DNA of 64,000 nt from Gemmatimonas sp. Its GTDB lineage: Bacteria > Gemmatimonadota > Gemmatimonadetes > Gemmatimonadales > Gemmatimonadaceae. Every line of letters begins with the position of its first letter. Position 1 is the stretch's first letter. A model generated the notes under the pieces. That model had not been told where the DNA came from and ran no database searches. It saw only the letters and a list, made by a program, of their open reading frames with translations. Both the position numbers and the translations under genes were made by a program. The stretch lies in contig OZ257156.1 of NCBI GenBank assembly GCA_965279375.1, forward strand, positions 5,216,001-5,280,000. The letters are read 5' to 3'. Below are positions 18,862-28,585 of the stretch, in pieces.

Positions 18862-20463
18862 GAGTCTCGTGACGCGGCCGATGGGTGGCGGCACGATCTT
18901 TCCCTGCATGCGTTCGAGATGCTGCAACACGAGATCTGCCGTGCGCGGCGACGAGGTGGGCGCGGCCTCCAGTGTCTTGCATGCTGCTGCCGCTTCCGGA
19001 ATGCGATAGCCATCGCCACCGCGACATGCCGGATACGTCACCGCCGACACCCGCACGGAATCCGTCGGCGCCATCACGCGACCATCAGCGTAGCGCAGCG
19101 GTCCAACCAGACGCGCGCCACTCGGCAACCGCGCATCGAACGCAAAGCGCACGCCGCTTACCTGCGGATACGGCCCGTTCGCCAGACTGCCCACGGCCAC
19201 ACCATGCTCCAGCAGCGCGCGCAAACGCTCGCCGGTCAGCGTGAACGACACCACGCGCGTCTCGTCCGCGAAGAGGAAGATCCCCTCAATCATGTGCCGC
19301 GTGATCGGACCCGCGGCCATCATGTCGTCGAAACGTAACGCGCCGGAGTTGATCATCGAGACATCCGCGCGCGTCCCCTCGCGAATCGCATCGGCGATCA
19401 TGTTGCCGAAGGGACTCTCACGCTTGGAGATGGAGTCGATGGCGTTGATCGGCTCCGGCGCGATACCCAGCACGCGGTCCGGCCCGATCCGACGCGTCAA
19501 CGTGTCACGCCAGGCCTGCACGACGGTACGTGTCTGCGGCTCGTCCGGCATCCCCGAGCCAATTCTGAAGACGGTGTCCCGCACCTGCCACGCAACGCCG
19601 CGTTTGCTGAACGTCAGCAGCACGGCCGTACGTGCGTTCGACACGGCCTTCACCACCAATCGCCCGCCGCGCTCGGCGCGACGTCCGTTGTGGTCGTGCC
19701 CGCCGATTATCGCCGCGATACGCGGCTCGTGCTCGATCGTGGCCACATCTTCGGTCATGTTCCGGTGCGTCAGACCGACGATCAGCTCCGCGCCGGCGCG
19801 CTGCAGCGTGTCCACCAACCTCGCGGTCGCACTGTCCGCATCCCGGCAACGCACATACGCGGGGTAGTCGCGCGCAATCGTCGTCCCGAAAATCCCGACA
19901 CGCACACCGTTCACCCGAACCGTGTCCCAGCCGCGTACGCCCGGAAACGAGGCACCGCTCGTCTCGCCGCAGTTGGCGGACATCCAGCGAAAGCGCGACT
20001 CGCCCAACCGCGCGACCAGGTTGTTGCGCGAGCCATCAAACTCGTGATTGCCAAGCGTGGCGTAGTCGAGGCGCGCGGCGTTGAAGCCCTGGACCATCTG
20101 CGCGCCGCCGTACCACTTGCCCAACACACTCGGCGAGAGCACGTCGCCGGCCAACACGAACAACACGGGTTGCCGTGTTACGCGCTCGATGGAATCGCGC
20201 AGGTGCGCGACGCGTGCGAGTCCGCCCGTGCCGTCGCGCAGCGTATCGATCACGTACACGTCGTTGACCAGCAACATGCGCACAACGGTGTCGCGCGTTG
20301 TGCCGCGGGTCGCATCGCCTTGCGCGGGGACTCCTTCACTACGTGCGGTCAGGCGACCGCCGGCACACCCCGCAACCAGCACTGCGATCAACACGCCCAG
20401 GAGTACGCGCACACGAGGCCGCGTAGCGCTTGGCGTACGCGGCGATCGGGGCGACGTCGTCAT
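18853..20463 (-). CDS. Bifunctional metallophosphatase / 5'-nucleotidase, lipoprotein
   Basis: Lipobox LVAGC; NDVY, AGDVLSPS, LGNHEFD, GGHDH, NSGALR, QVSGVRF. Confidence 0.92.
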   Translation of the reverse strand: MTTSPRSPRTPSATRPRVRVLLGVLIAVLVAGCAGGRLTARSEGVPAQGDATRGTTRDTVVRMLLVNDVYVIDTLRDGTGGLARVAHLRDSIERVTRQPVLFVLAGDVLSPSVLGKWYGGAQMVQGFNAARLDYATLGNHEFDGSRNNLVARLGESRFRWMSANCGETSGASFPGVRGWDTVRVNGVRVGIFGTTIARDYPAYVRCRDADSATARLVDTLQRAGAELIVGLTHRNMTEDVATIEHEPRIAAIIGGHDHNGRRAERGGRLVVKAVSNARTAVLLTFSKRGVAWQVRDTVFRIGSGMPDEPQTRTVVQAWRDTLTRRIGPDRVLGIAPEPINAIDSISKRESPFGNMIADAIREGTRADVSMINSGALRFDDMMAAGPITRHMIEGIFLFADETRVVSFTLTGERLRALLEHGVAVGSLANGPYPQVSGVRFAFDARLPSGARLVGPLRYADGRVMAPTDSVRVSAVTYPACRGGDGYRIPEAAAACKTLEAAPTSSPRTADLVLQHLERMQGKIVPPPIGRVTRLDR

Positions 20464-20476
20464 GAGCGGCAGTCGC

Positions 20477-21751
20477 TCAGGTGATCGACGCGGGGTCCAC
20501 GCCCCGGATCGCGAAGACGCGTGCGACCGCGTCGCCAATCTTGTTGTTCGGTGTACTCGCGCCCGCCGTGATGCCGACACGCAGCGGACCACTCTGCCGC
20601 AGCCAGTCGGACGCGAAGTCTTCGACATGCTTGGCGCCGATGCGGCGATAGCGCACCGAGTTCGCGTCAATGTCGATGTCGTCCGGATCGGCGATGTGGA
20701 ACGTCGGCACCTGCTCGCCACACAACGCCGCGAGCGAGATCGTATTGCTGGAGTTGTAACCGCCCACCACCACCATCAGGTCCAGCGGCTCGCGCAGCAG
20801 CTCCACGACCGCGTCCTGCCGGTCCTGCGTCGCGCTGCAGATCGTGTCGAACGTTCGGAAATGCTCGGAGCGATGATCCTGGCCGTGTGCACGCGCCATC
20901 GCCTCACCAACCGCCGCACCGATCGCCAGCGACTCGCGCGCGAGCATCGTCGTCTGGTTGGCCACACCGATGCGGTCCAGGTGACGATCCGGATCGAAGT
21001 GATCCGACGCCGCACGCGCGAACTTCTCGAGGAACTCCTCACGCGACAGCGGCGGGCGCGGCGTCGACTTTCCGGCGCGCGCCTCGATGTAGTCCATCAC
21101 CATCTCAGCTTCCGACATGTCGCGGACGACCAGATACTGCCCGCCCGGATACTTCTCCACCTGCGATGCCGTCGCGCGCGTCTCTTCGTGGTAGTACTTG
21201 CCGTGAATGAGCGACGTGAAGCCGTCGCGCGCGTACACCTCCACGCGCTTCCACACGTTGAGCACGGAACCGCAGGTGGTATCCACCACCACGCATCCCA
21301 ACTCGCGCAACGTCTGGAAATCCTGAATCGTGACGCCGAAGGCAGGCAGGATCACCACATCTTCCTGCTTCACCTGCGCGTAGTCGAACCCCTTGCCGCT
21401 GGCCGCAAGAAACACCACGCCCATCTCGCGCAGCTTCTCGTTCACATGCGGGTTGTGAATGATCTCGCCCGCCAGAAAGATGCGCCGCTCGGGAAACTTC
21501 ACGCGCGTCTGATACGCGTAGTCCACCGCGCGCTCGACGCCGTAGCAGAAGCCGAATTCCTTCGCCAGCCGCACCGTCGTGTCGCCCGCGGCCAGCGTGT
21601 AGTCGCGAGCGCGTAGCAGGTCCACCAGATGACCGGTGTAGTCGGCAGCCAGCGTATTCTGGACTTCGGCCTTCAGGCCGAAGCCTTTGCGAACGTAGGT
21701 GGCAGCAGCCGTCGCCGGTGCGCCGCCCGAGGCGGTATGGTTCTCAGACAT
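20477..21751 (-). CDS. ispH: 4-hydroxy-3-methylbut-2-enyl diphosphate reductase
   Basis: FGFCYGVERAV, EIIHNPHV, DTTC, HEET, NQTT, DTICSATQDRQ, GGYNSSNT, TAGASTP. Confidence 0.96.
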   Translation of the reverse strand: MSENHTASGGAPATAAATYVRKGFGLKAEVQNTLAADYTGHLVDLLRARDYTLAAGDTTVRLAKEFGFCYGVERAVDYAYQTRVKFPERRIFLAGEIIHNPHVNEKLREMGVVFLAASGKGFDYAQVKQEDVVILPAFGVTIQDFQTLRELGCVVVDTTCGSVLNVWKRVEVYARDGFTSLIHGKYYHEETRATASQVEKYPGGQYLVVRDMSEAEMVMDYIEARAGKSTPRPPLSREEFLEKFARAASDHFDPDRHLDRIGVANQTTMLARESLAIGAAVGEAMARAHGQDHRSEHFRTFDTICSATQDRQDAVVELLREPLDLMVVVGGYNSSNTISLAALCGEQVPTFHIADPDDIDIDANSVRYRRIGAKHVEDFASDWLRQSGPLRVGITAGASTPNNKIGDAVARVFAIRGVDPASIT

Positions 21752-21760
21752 GACGCTAAT

Positions 21761-22222
21761 CTAGCGGACGCCGGGCGGGACCGAACGAGCCATCTCCACC
21801 GTGCAGGCGAACGGTGCCAGCGCCTGCCGGACCACCCGCGGAAGCGGGCGCTTCTCGAACGTTGCCGCCGTCACACACACCACGACCATCGCCGCGCCGG
21901 CCACCAGCACACCGCGATCGGCCAGCCACACATCGACGTTGAGCGTGAGCGAGGTGTCCCCCATTCGCGACACGTACGTGACCATCGACAGGGCGTCATC
22001 GAGACGTGCCGGTGCCAGATACTCGATGGCGAGATGTCGTCGCGGCATCCAGACCGTCGCCTCCTCGAAATTCTCGCCGTACGGCAAACCCGCCGCCCGC
22101 AACATCTCCTGCTCGGCGTTCTCCACCAGACGCGTGAACGCGCTGAATCGCATGATGCGAATCTGGTCCACGTCCGCCCAGCGGACCCGGTCTTGCAAGA
22201 TGAACGGCTGACCCGATTCCAT
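21761..22222 (-). CDS. Acyl-CoA thioesterase (4HBT/YbgC hot-dog family)
   Basis: RVRWADVD, IEYLAPARLDD, MGDTSL. Start uncertain (22285 possible). Confidence 0.8.
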   Translation of the reverse strand: MESGQPFILQDRVRWADVDQIRIMRFSAFTRLVENAEQEMLRAAGLPYGENFEEATVWMPRRHLAIEYLAPARLDDALSMVTYVSRMGDTSLTLNVDVWLADRGVLVAGAAMVVVCVTAATFEKRPLPRVVRQALAPFACTVEMARSVPPGVR

Positions 22223-22352
22223 TGCGCTCGTGGTGAGGGTTGCAGGGTGACGGTCGCTGGCAGCGACAGCAGTCGCCCGTGACAAACTAGCGGCATTGGC
22301 TGGTCAGGTTTTCCCTCTTGACCGTTCCTTCGGCCCCCCCAATCCTCAATCC

Positions 22353-23264
22353 ATGTACCGTCACCTGCTCGTTCCGATCGACGGCTCCGCCTTCAGTGCA
22401 AGCGCCCTTCCGCTGGCCGCTGCACTCGCCCGTCGCGTGGATGCGGAAGTGCACCTCGTCCTGGTGCACGACCCAAGCGCCTTCATCCCGTTCGCCGCGG
22501 GAGAAGTCGCTGTTCCGGTCTACGACGCCGAACTGGTGAAGGAGCAGCGGGCCATCGATCAGCGTGCACTCGAGGCTGAGGCCGCCAAGATTGCCGCGAT
22601 GGGCGCGCGCGTTTCCGTCAAACTCCTCGAAGGGACGACCATCGAGGCGCTGGTGGAGCATGGCGCGGCGATCGGCGCCGACCTCACCGTGATGACCACG
22701 CACGGACGCGGAGGATTCGCCCGCGTGCGACTGGGCAGCACCGCTACCGCCTATCTGGAGCGCGCCACCACGCCAGTGCTACTGGTGCACGGGAGCACAA
22801 CGGAAACGCCGGCTCTCCCCACCGGTACGGTACTGGTCCCGCTCGACGGGTCCGCGCTGGCCGAAAGTGTGCTGCCGCATGCGCGCACCTTCGCAGAGGC
22901 GATCGGCGCTTCGCTCGCGCTGATCGCCGTGTCCGTGCCGCACGCCATGCCCATGGCGCCATTCGGTACAGAGTTGTTGGCCGATACCGGCGCGATGGAC
23001 GCCGAGCTCCAGGGACGTGAGGACTACCTCACGCGAATTCAGGCCACCTGCGCCGCCGGGACGACCACGCACGCGGTCACCGATCTGTCCGTGGGGCGAG
23101 CCATTCTCGACGAGGCCACACGAATTGGCTCTGGCGCGATCGCCATCGCCACGCACGGCCGCGGTGGTCTGATGCGCATGATCATGGGCAGCGTGGCCGA
23201 CGAGATCGTGCGCCACGCCGATCGGCCGGTGCTGGTTTACCGTCCCGAGCTCGCCGAGAAGTAG
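22353..23264 (+). CDS. Universal stress protein, two Usp domains
   Basis: LLVPIDGS...MTTHGRGG...LGST and VLVPLDGS...ATHGRGG...MGSVADEIVRHADRPVLV. Confidence 0.94.
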   Translation: MYRHLLVPIDGSAFSASALPLAAALARRVDAEVHLVLVHDPSAFIPFAAGEVAVPVYDAELVKEQRAIDQRALEAEAAKIAAMGARVSVKLLEGTTIEALVEHGAAIGADLTVMTTHGRGGFARVRLGSTATAYLERATTPVLLVHGSTTETPALPTGTVLVPLDGSALAESVLPHARTFAEAIGASLALIAVSVPHAMPMAPFGTELLADTGAMDAELQGREDYLTRIQATCAAGTTTHAVTDLSVGRAILDEATRIGSGAIAIATHGRGGLMRMIMGSVADEIVRHADRPVLVYRPELAEK

Positions 23265-23788
23265 TCCGGGGCAATCCAGCGCGCCAACGCGTAGGTGACC
23301 AACGGCTCGTAGGCGCCCTGCCGATCGATCAACCCAGCCGTCAGGATACCGACGGCGCCGCGGCCGTGCTTGGTCCCCACCGTCTGGGCGACGGCGTCCA
23401 TCGCGTGGCCCAACTCTTCACCGCCGCGAATGCGCGCCGCCACCGTGTCGGGGAGCGGCATCGCCAGCGATCCGCCAACGCCGCGCTGCCCATCCCGGTC
23501 CACCACCACCGCCCAGGCGCAGCTACGCATGCTTCCATCGGGCTCTTCCACTACGCCCCCTTCGAGTCCCACCCCCAGATCGGCCTCCGACGCCGCCAGC
23601 ACCGCGCGCGCCCGCGACTCGGCGCCGCGAATCGTCTCCTCATCGCCGAATGGCTGATCCGGCACGCCGCTCGCGGCGGACATCCCGGCCACCTGCGCCT
23701 CCGGCCACAGCCGCGCGATCACTGCGCGCACCGCCGCTATCTTGACTGGGTTGAGTGAACCGACGAGGACGAGGCGAGGAGGGTGCAT
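23237..23788 (-). CDS. yjjX: Inosine/xanthosine triphosphatase
   Basis: VGSLNPVKI, SGVPDQP, ETIRGA, VGLEGG, ELG, GAVGILT. Confidence 0.9.
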   Translation of the reverse strand: MHPPRLVLVGSLNPVKIAAVRAVIARLWPEAQVAGMSAASGVPDQPFGDEETIRGAESRARAVLAASEADLGVGLEGGVVEEPDGSMRSCAWAVVVDRDGQRGVGGSLAMPLPDTVAARIRGGEELGHAMDAVAQTVGTKHGRGAVGILTAGLIDRQGAYEPLVTYALARWIAPDYFSASSGR

Positions 23789-23877
23789 GGGAGTTGGAAG
23801 ATCGGGACGCAGCGTCAACCAGACGGGGCCACGTGCTTGCTCGCAGCCACGTAGCGGAGTAACCTAGCATTTCTGCA

Positions 23878-24579
23878 ATGCCGGTATCCTCTGCGCTCTC
23901 TCATCGGGCGGACACGACTGAACGATCCACGGGGCCCGACCCCGTTCCGGCGCGTTCCCGTCTCTGGCTCGAGTTCGTCAACACGGACGCCGCCGCGCAA
24001 TCACCGCGCGGAGATTTGTTGCGCGACTTCGATGCCCTGGTCAGCTGGCTCAACAGCCACGCCGCGCTCGACGATGAACGGAGCGACGGCATCCGGCGCC
24101 GCGCCATCCTGCAACCGGCCGCGGCGGCCGCCACCCTCGTCGAGGCGCGACGCGTGCGCGCCTCGCTGCGAGTCCTCGCCGAACGCGGTGCGTCGGTCGA
24201 GCGCGTGCGGGACGATGCGGTCGTGGAGATCAATCGCGTCCTCGGCCGAAGCGCCGGAACGCGTCGTCTCGAGCGGCATCCTGACGGTGGCTATGTGCGC
24301 GCCTTCGTGCCCACCGGCGATGCCTACGCGGGGCTGATGATACCTATCGTCGAGTCCGCCGCCGATTCACTCGCCGGCGACGAGCTCGCGCGCGTGCGAC
24401 GCTGCGCCGACTCTCGCTGCTACCGCGTGTTTCTCGACACCACCAAGAACGGCTTGCGCCGGTGGTGCGACATGGGCACCTGCGGCAATCGCGCCAAAGC
24501 GGCGCGGCATCGCGCGAAGGAGCGGCCGCGCGCCACTCGCCCACCGCTGGTCGATCGCCAGCCGGAGATGGGCGCGTAG
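23878..24579 (+). CDS. ABATE / CGNR zinc-finger domain protein
   Basis: LEFVNT; RVRRCADSRCYRVFLDTTKNGLRRWCDMGTCGNRAK. Confidence 0.93.
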   Translation: MPVSSALSHRADTTERSTGPDPVPARSRLWLEFVNTDAAAQSPRGDLLRDFDALVSWLNSHAALDDERSDGIRRRAILQPAAAAATLVEARRVRASLRVLAERGASVERVRDDAVVEINRVLGRSAGTRRLERHPDGGYVRAFVPTGDAYAGLMIPIVESAADSLAGDELARVRRCADSRCYRVFLDTTKNGLRRWCDMGTCGNRAKAARHRAKERPRATRPPLVDRQPEMGA

Positions 24580-25296
24580 ATGAGCACGATCGAAGTAGCG
24601 GAACTCGACGCAACGGCGCTCGAGCGTGGCAGCGGTTCGGAGCGGAGCGAGTCGTCGTCGGACACGGCACTCGAACGTGGCTTCGTGGCACTGCTTCGTT
24701 GGCTCGTCTCCGAAGGCGACACGCGCGGCGTGCGGCGCATCGCCGTGGAATTGCGCGCGCTCCGCGAAGCGCTGATCACGCTCGACGAAACGCGCCTCGC
24801 GCGCGACGAGCAGATGCGCCGTTCGCAGGAACTCGACCGCGAGCTGCAGGCGGCACTGGCCGTGCTGGGTCCGGGCACCGCGGTCAACGGCAACGGCTCG
24901 TTAGTGCAGCGACTTGCCAAATTGCGGGAACGTCTCAGCGAAGACATGTCGGCGCGCCGTCAGCTCGTGCTCGAGCGCGACGCGTGGCGATCGATGTGCA
25001 CGCTCCTCACGCAGACCCGCGCCGGCGTCCACGAACTCCTCGAAGTCACCGAGCGCGAACGCGACGGACTGGCGGCCTCGGTCGATGTGCTGCGCGACCG
25101 CGTGCTCGAACTCACCTCGATGCACGACGACGCCTCACGCGACGCGACGCGGTCGCGTGCCGAACTCGGCGAGCTGCGCGACACGCTGCGTCATTGGAGC
25201 GGCACCGTCGAACGAGCGCTGCAGGAGCTGGCAAAGACAGCGGGGGCGATTGCCCGTGAGCATCGCCCCCCCGACCTGCCGAAGCACCCGAACTGA
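24580..25296 (+). CDS. Hypothetical coiled-coil protein
   Basis: ATG directly follows the CGNR stop; heptad-like L/E/R-rich sequence; good GC3 bias. Confidence 0.7.
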   Translation: MSTIEVAELDATALERGSGSERSESSSDTALERGFVALLRWLVSEGDTRGVRRIAVELRALREALITLDETRLARDEQMRRSQELDRELQAALAVLGPGTAVNGNGSLVQRLAKLRERLSEDMSARRQLVLERDAWRSMCTLLTQTRAGVHELLEVTERERDGLAASVDVLRDRVLELTSMHDDASRDATRSRAELGELRDTLRHWSGTVERALQELAKTAGAIAREHRPPDLPKHPN

Positions 25297-25317
25297 GTCA
25301 GCGCGAGCTGAGTCAGC

Positions 25318-25983
25318 TCACGCCGGCTGCCCCGACGCGAGCGTCACCGTCTGCGGCACCACGGCACGTACCACCGACTCCTTCAGGTAGCCCATTTCGA
25401 CGGCGAAGTCCGCGAGCTTGCGCTGCAACAGGCGTCGGCCGCGAAACAGCCGCGACTTGACCGTGCCTTCGGGCACGCCGAGCACATCCGCGATCTCGGC
25501 GTAGCGCAGTCCCTGCAGATCGCTGAGCACGACGGCCGAGCGGTACTCTTCCGGGAGGGAGCGGATTGCCCGCGTCACTTCGTCGTCGAGGAACGAATCG
25601 TAGAAGCGGCCTTCCGGATCGGCCTCCCCGACGGCCTCGAACATCGCCCACCCCTCGGTATCCTCCGGCTGCTGCACTTCGCGTGCGTCGATGCGACGCT
25701 TCCGGCTGACGAAGACATGGTAGAGGATCGTGAAGAGCCAGGCGCGAATGTTCGTGCCCAGATGGTACTGCTCCCACCGCTCCAGGGCACGCAGCAGTGT
25801 GTCCGACACGAGATCCTCAGCGTCGTCGCGAGCGCGTGCGAGCTTGAGCGCGAATGAGTAGAGCGCATCGAGGTGGACGAGCGCCTCGCGTTCGAACTGC
25901 GCACGACGCGCCTGCCGCTCGTCGGCCGACATCGCCGGCGCTTCCATCGCCTGCTCCACTATTTCGTCATTGAGACGTACCAT
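25318..25983 (-). CDS. ECF RNA polymerase sigma factor (SigR/SigH-like)
   Basis: HLDALYSFA, DAEDLVSDT, GTNIRAWLFTIL, LPEEYR, YAEIADVLGVPEGTVKSRLFRGR. Start uncertain (26097 abuts the tetR stop). Confidence 0.93.
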   Translation of the reverse strand: MVRLNDEIVEQAMEAPAMSADERQARRAQFEREALVHLDALYSFALKLARARDDAEDLVSDTLLRALERWEQYHLGTNIRAWLFTILYHVFVSRKRRIDAREVQQPEDTEGWAMFEAVGEADPEGRFYDSFLDDEVTRAIRSLPEEYRSAVVLSDLQGLRYAEIADVLGVPEGTVKSRLFRGRRLLQRKLADFAVEMGYLKESVVRAVVPQTVTLASGQPA

Positions 25984-26097
25984 CGAGCGCCCCCCCGGGC
26001 TGCGCACTGCGCAGTAGTGGCCGTCCTCTGAGACCGGTGGAACCGACGCGTTCCGTCCGGGTGCTGCGATGCTGCGCGCTACGCTGGTCGCGGCCAT

Positions 26098-26712
26098 CTA
26101 CTCGAGACCACGCGCGGGCATCATCGCCCCGTCTCGGACGTGCATGGCAATGAACCGCTTGAGATCAATCGCGATGCCTTCGAGGACCGTGAGGTCGCGC
26201 TTGACGCGCGTCATCAGCACCGCGCCTTCGAGCGCCGCGATGATGAACCGCGAAAGCCGTACCGCGTCCACATCGTCCTGCAGCTGCGGACGCGCTTCCC
26301 ACAACAACGAGCGGATCTGGCTCGCCCACCGCTCGAACACCGCCTCGATGCGCACTCGGAATCCCTCGTGCGCGTCCGCCAACTCGGCCGCCAGATTGCC
26401 GAACGGCGACCCGCGTCGCCCACCGCTCTCCGCCTGCAACGCCACCACCGAGTCGATGAACAGGTTCAGCCGCTCGAGCGGATCGATCATTGGCTCGCGG
26501 AGAATCGCGAGGCCGCGTTCCGCGAAGCGCTCGAACTGCCGATTCAGCACCTCGTAGCCCAACTCGTCCTTCGACTTGAAGTAGTGGTAGAAGTGACTCT
26601 TCCCACTGAGCTTCGCGCCCCGAATCACGTCGTCGACCGACGTGGAGGTGAAGCCGCGCTCAGAAATGAGCGTTGCGGCGGCATCGAGGATTTGGGCGCG
26701 GCGGTCTGACAT
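26098..26712 (-). CDS. TetR/AcrR family regulator (LmrA/NemR-like C-terminus)
   Basis: ILDAAATLISERGFTSTSVDDV...HFYHYFKSKDEL; GSPFGNLAAEL; AALEGA. Confidence 0.93.
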   Translation of the reverse strand: MSDRRAQILDAAATLISERGFTSTSVDDVIRGAKLSGKSHFYHYFKSKDELGYEVLNRQFERFAERGLAILREPMIDPLERLNLFIDSVVALQAESGGRRGSPFGNLAAELADAHEGFRVRIEAVFERWASQIRSLLWEARPQLQDDVDAVRLSRFIIAALEGAVLMTRVKRDLTVLEGIAIDLKRFIAMHVRDGAMMPARGLE

Positions 26713-26747
26713 GTGGCGAAGATAGGACCGTACGGTCCTACGCGCAA
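26713..26747 (-). promoter_or_regulatory. tetR sigma-70 promoter with an 18-bp palindromic operator in the spacer
   Basis: Minus strand TTGCGC-N17-TATCTT-cgccac-ATG; perfect palindrome TAGGACCGTACGGTCCTA at 26723-26740. Confidence 0.8.
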
Positions 26748-26778
26748 TAGCGCGCAAGAAATAGCTGCAATCCATTGC

Positions 26779-26808
26779 TTGACAACGCTTTAGCTCATCC
26801 TGCATATT
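26779..26808 (+). promoter_or_regulatory. Putative sigma-70 promoter of the GNAT-FIST-GGDEF/EAL operon
   Basis: TTGACA-N18-CATATT. Confidence 0.55.
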
Positions 26809-26848
26809 CGGACCATGAGTCCAGACCACAGCATTTCCGGAGATACGT

Positions 26849-26866
26849 TAGGACCTGTCAGTCCTA
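26849..26866. promoter_or_regulatory. Second TetR-type operator overlapping the GNAT start codon
   Basis: TAGGAC-ctgtca-GTCCTA has the same arms and spacing as 26723-26740; its final A is the A of ATG 26866. Confidence 0.75.
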
Positions 26867-27405
26867 TGGAGACTGAACGCACGGTCGAGGTCGTGCGCAC
26901 GTATCTCTCCCTGCCAGACCTCGCCGCGCTCAACCCGGCCCGCCCCCCCCGAGTCGAGCGAGTACTGGCGCCGCTCGACCCCTGCTCGGTCGCCGACTGG
27001 CGCACCCTCTACGCGCGAATCGGCGCTGACTGGCACTGGCACGATCGCGATGCGTGGCCGGATTCGGAGATCGCTGCCCGGTTATGCAGTCCTCACGTTT
27101 CCGTGTATCAGGTCGCGGCACGAGCGACCGATACTCCTGAACAGGCCGGCGGTTTTCTCGAACTCGAGCGTTCTCCCGACGGCGCGGTCGAGATCGTGTA
27201 CCTGGGACTGCACTCCGACTCGATCGGATTGGGTCTCGGGGGCTGGCTGGTCGAGTCCGCGGTGCGTCGCGCGTATGCGCTCGGCGCAACGCGGGTTTGG
27301 CTGCATACCTGTACCCTCGATAGTCCGGCGGCGTTGCCGAACTACCTGGCTCGCGGCTTTGTCGCGGATCGCACCGAAACGTATACCGCCAGGCTCCCAC
27401 TCTAG
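26866..27405 (+). CDS. GNAT family N-acetyltransferase
   Basis: GFLELE, EIVYLGL...IGLGLGGWL, RVWLHTCTLDSPAALPNYLARGF. Confidence 0.9.
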   Translation: METERTVEVVRTYLSLPDLAALNPARPPRVERVLAPLDPCSVADWRTLYARIGADWHWHDRDAWPDSEIAARLCSPHVSVYQVAARATDTPEQAGGFLELERSPDGAVEIVYLGLHSDSIGLGLGGWLVESAVRRAYALGATRVWLHTCTLDSPAALPNYLARGFVADRTETYTARLPL

Positions 27406-27437
27406 CGTGAGGGCTGGCCAACGAGGCTAGCCCACTC

Positions 27438-28583
27438 ATGCGCGTACAACGTTTTTCCTGGAATCCGTCCGCCGGCTGGATCGACCCGTTGCCGTCCGCG
27501 CCAGAGACCCTGGCGCAGCTGGTGCTCAGCTTCGGTCCCGTCGACACGCCGCCGGCCGCCTGGTTCGACGAGGTGCGCGCCCTGTGGCCGAGCGCACAGC
27601 ACGTCTACGCCTCGGGCGGCGGTCAGATCACCGAAAGCGCGCTCGACGATGAGGTCACCGTGGTCTCCGTGCTCGAGTTCGAGCACGCCACGGTGCACAC
27701 CGTCAGTCGCAGCGGCGTCACCATGGCGGGGAGCGCCGAGATGGGCGAGGACATCGGGCGATCACTCGCCGATATCCCCGATCTCAGGCACGTGCTGATC
27801 TTCGCCGAAGGGCTGACGATGAACGGCGACGCATTCGTGAACGCACTGACCAATGCGCTGCCTGCCAGCGTGTCGGTCAGCGGAGGACTCGCGTCGAACG
27901 GGTTGGCATTGTCCCGCACCGTCGTCGGTCTCGATACCATGCCGGAAGTCGGCAATGTCGTCGCCGTCGCCCTGGCCGGTACATCGCTCAGCATCGGCAC
28001 GGGATCGGTCGGCGGATGGGACCTGTTCGGCCCCGAGCGCGTCGTCACGCGCAGCGACACCGCAGTCGTCTACGAGCTCGATGGCGAAAATGCACTCGAG
28101 GTCTACAAGCGCTACCTCGGCAACTTCGCGTCGGAGTTGCCGGGCGTCGCCCTGCTCTTCCCTCTCGAAGTGCGCCAGGTAGCCGGCGGACCCGTGGCGG
28201 TCCGTTCGATTCTCGCCGTCGATGAAGCGCTCGGCGCGTTGCGCTTCGCCGGAGACATCCCACAGGGCAGCAGAGTACGACTCATGCGCGCGAGCACCGA
28301 CAAGCTGGTGGACGGCGCGTCGAGCGCCGCACGACTCGCACGCGGCGACGAAGACAGCGCCGCCCCGTCGTTCACGCTGTGCATCTCGTGCATCGGCCGC
28401 CGAGCGGTGATGCGCAGCCGCTCCGAGGAGGAGCTGGAGGAAGTGGTGCTCGCGAGCGCGGGCGCGCAGGTAGTGGGCTTCTACAGCAATGGTGAAATCG
28501 CGCCGCCGTCGGATGGTCGCACGCACTCAAAGGCGATGCTGCACAACCAGACGATGACCGTTACGTCCATCGGCGAGCGCTGA
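27438..28583 (+). CDS. FIST N/C domain sensory protein (NosP-like)
   Basis: SGGLAS, GGWDLFGPERVVTRS, VYELDGENALEVYKRYLG, FAGDIPQGS, SCIGRR, GFYSNGEI, HNQTM. Confidence 0.92.
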   Translation: MRVQRFSWNPSAGWIDPLPSAPETLAQLVLSFGPVDTPPAAWFDEVRALWPSAQHVYASGGGQITESALDDEVTVVSVLEFEHATVHTVSRSGVTMAGSAEMGEDIGRSLADIPDLRHVLIFAEGLTMNGDAFVNALTNALPASVSVSGGLASNGLALSRTVVGLDTMPEVGNVVAVALAGTSLSIGTGSVGGWDLFGPERVVTRSDTAVVYELDGENALEVYKRYLGNFASELPGVALLFPLEVRQVAGGPVAVRSILAVDEALGALRFAGDIPQGSRVRLMRASTDKLVDGASSAARLARGDEDSAAPSFTLCISCIGRRAVMRSRSEEELEEVVLASAGAQVVGFYSNGEIAPPSDGRTHSKAMLHNQTMTVTSIGER

Positions 28584-28585
28584 AC

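Noticed and set aside
26029..26054. GGAAC...GTCT as an autoregulatory promoter of the second ECF sigma
   Set aside because: The spacer is 15 nt, shorter than the usual 16-17, and the gene start is uncertain, so it is not supportable by eye.
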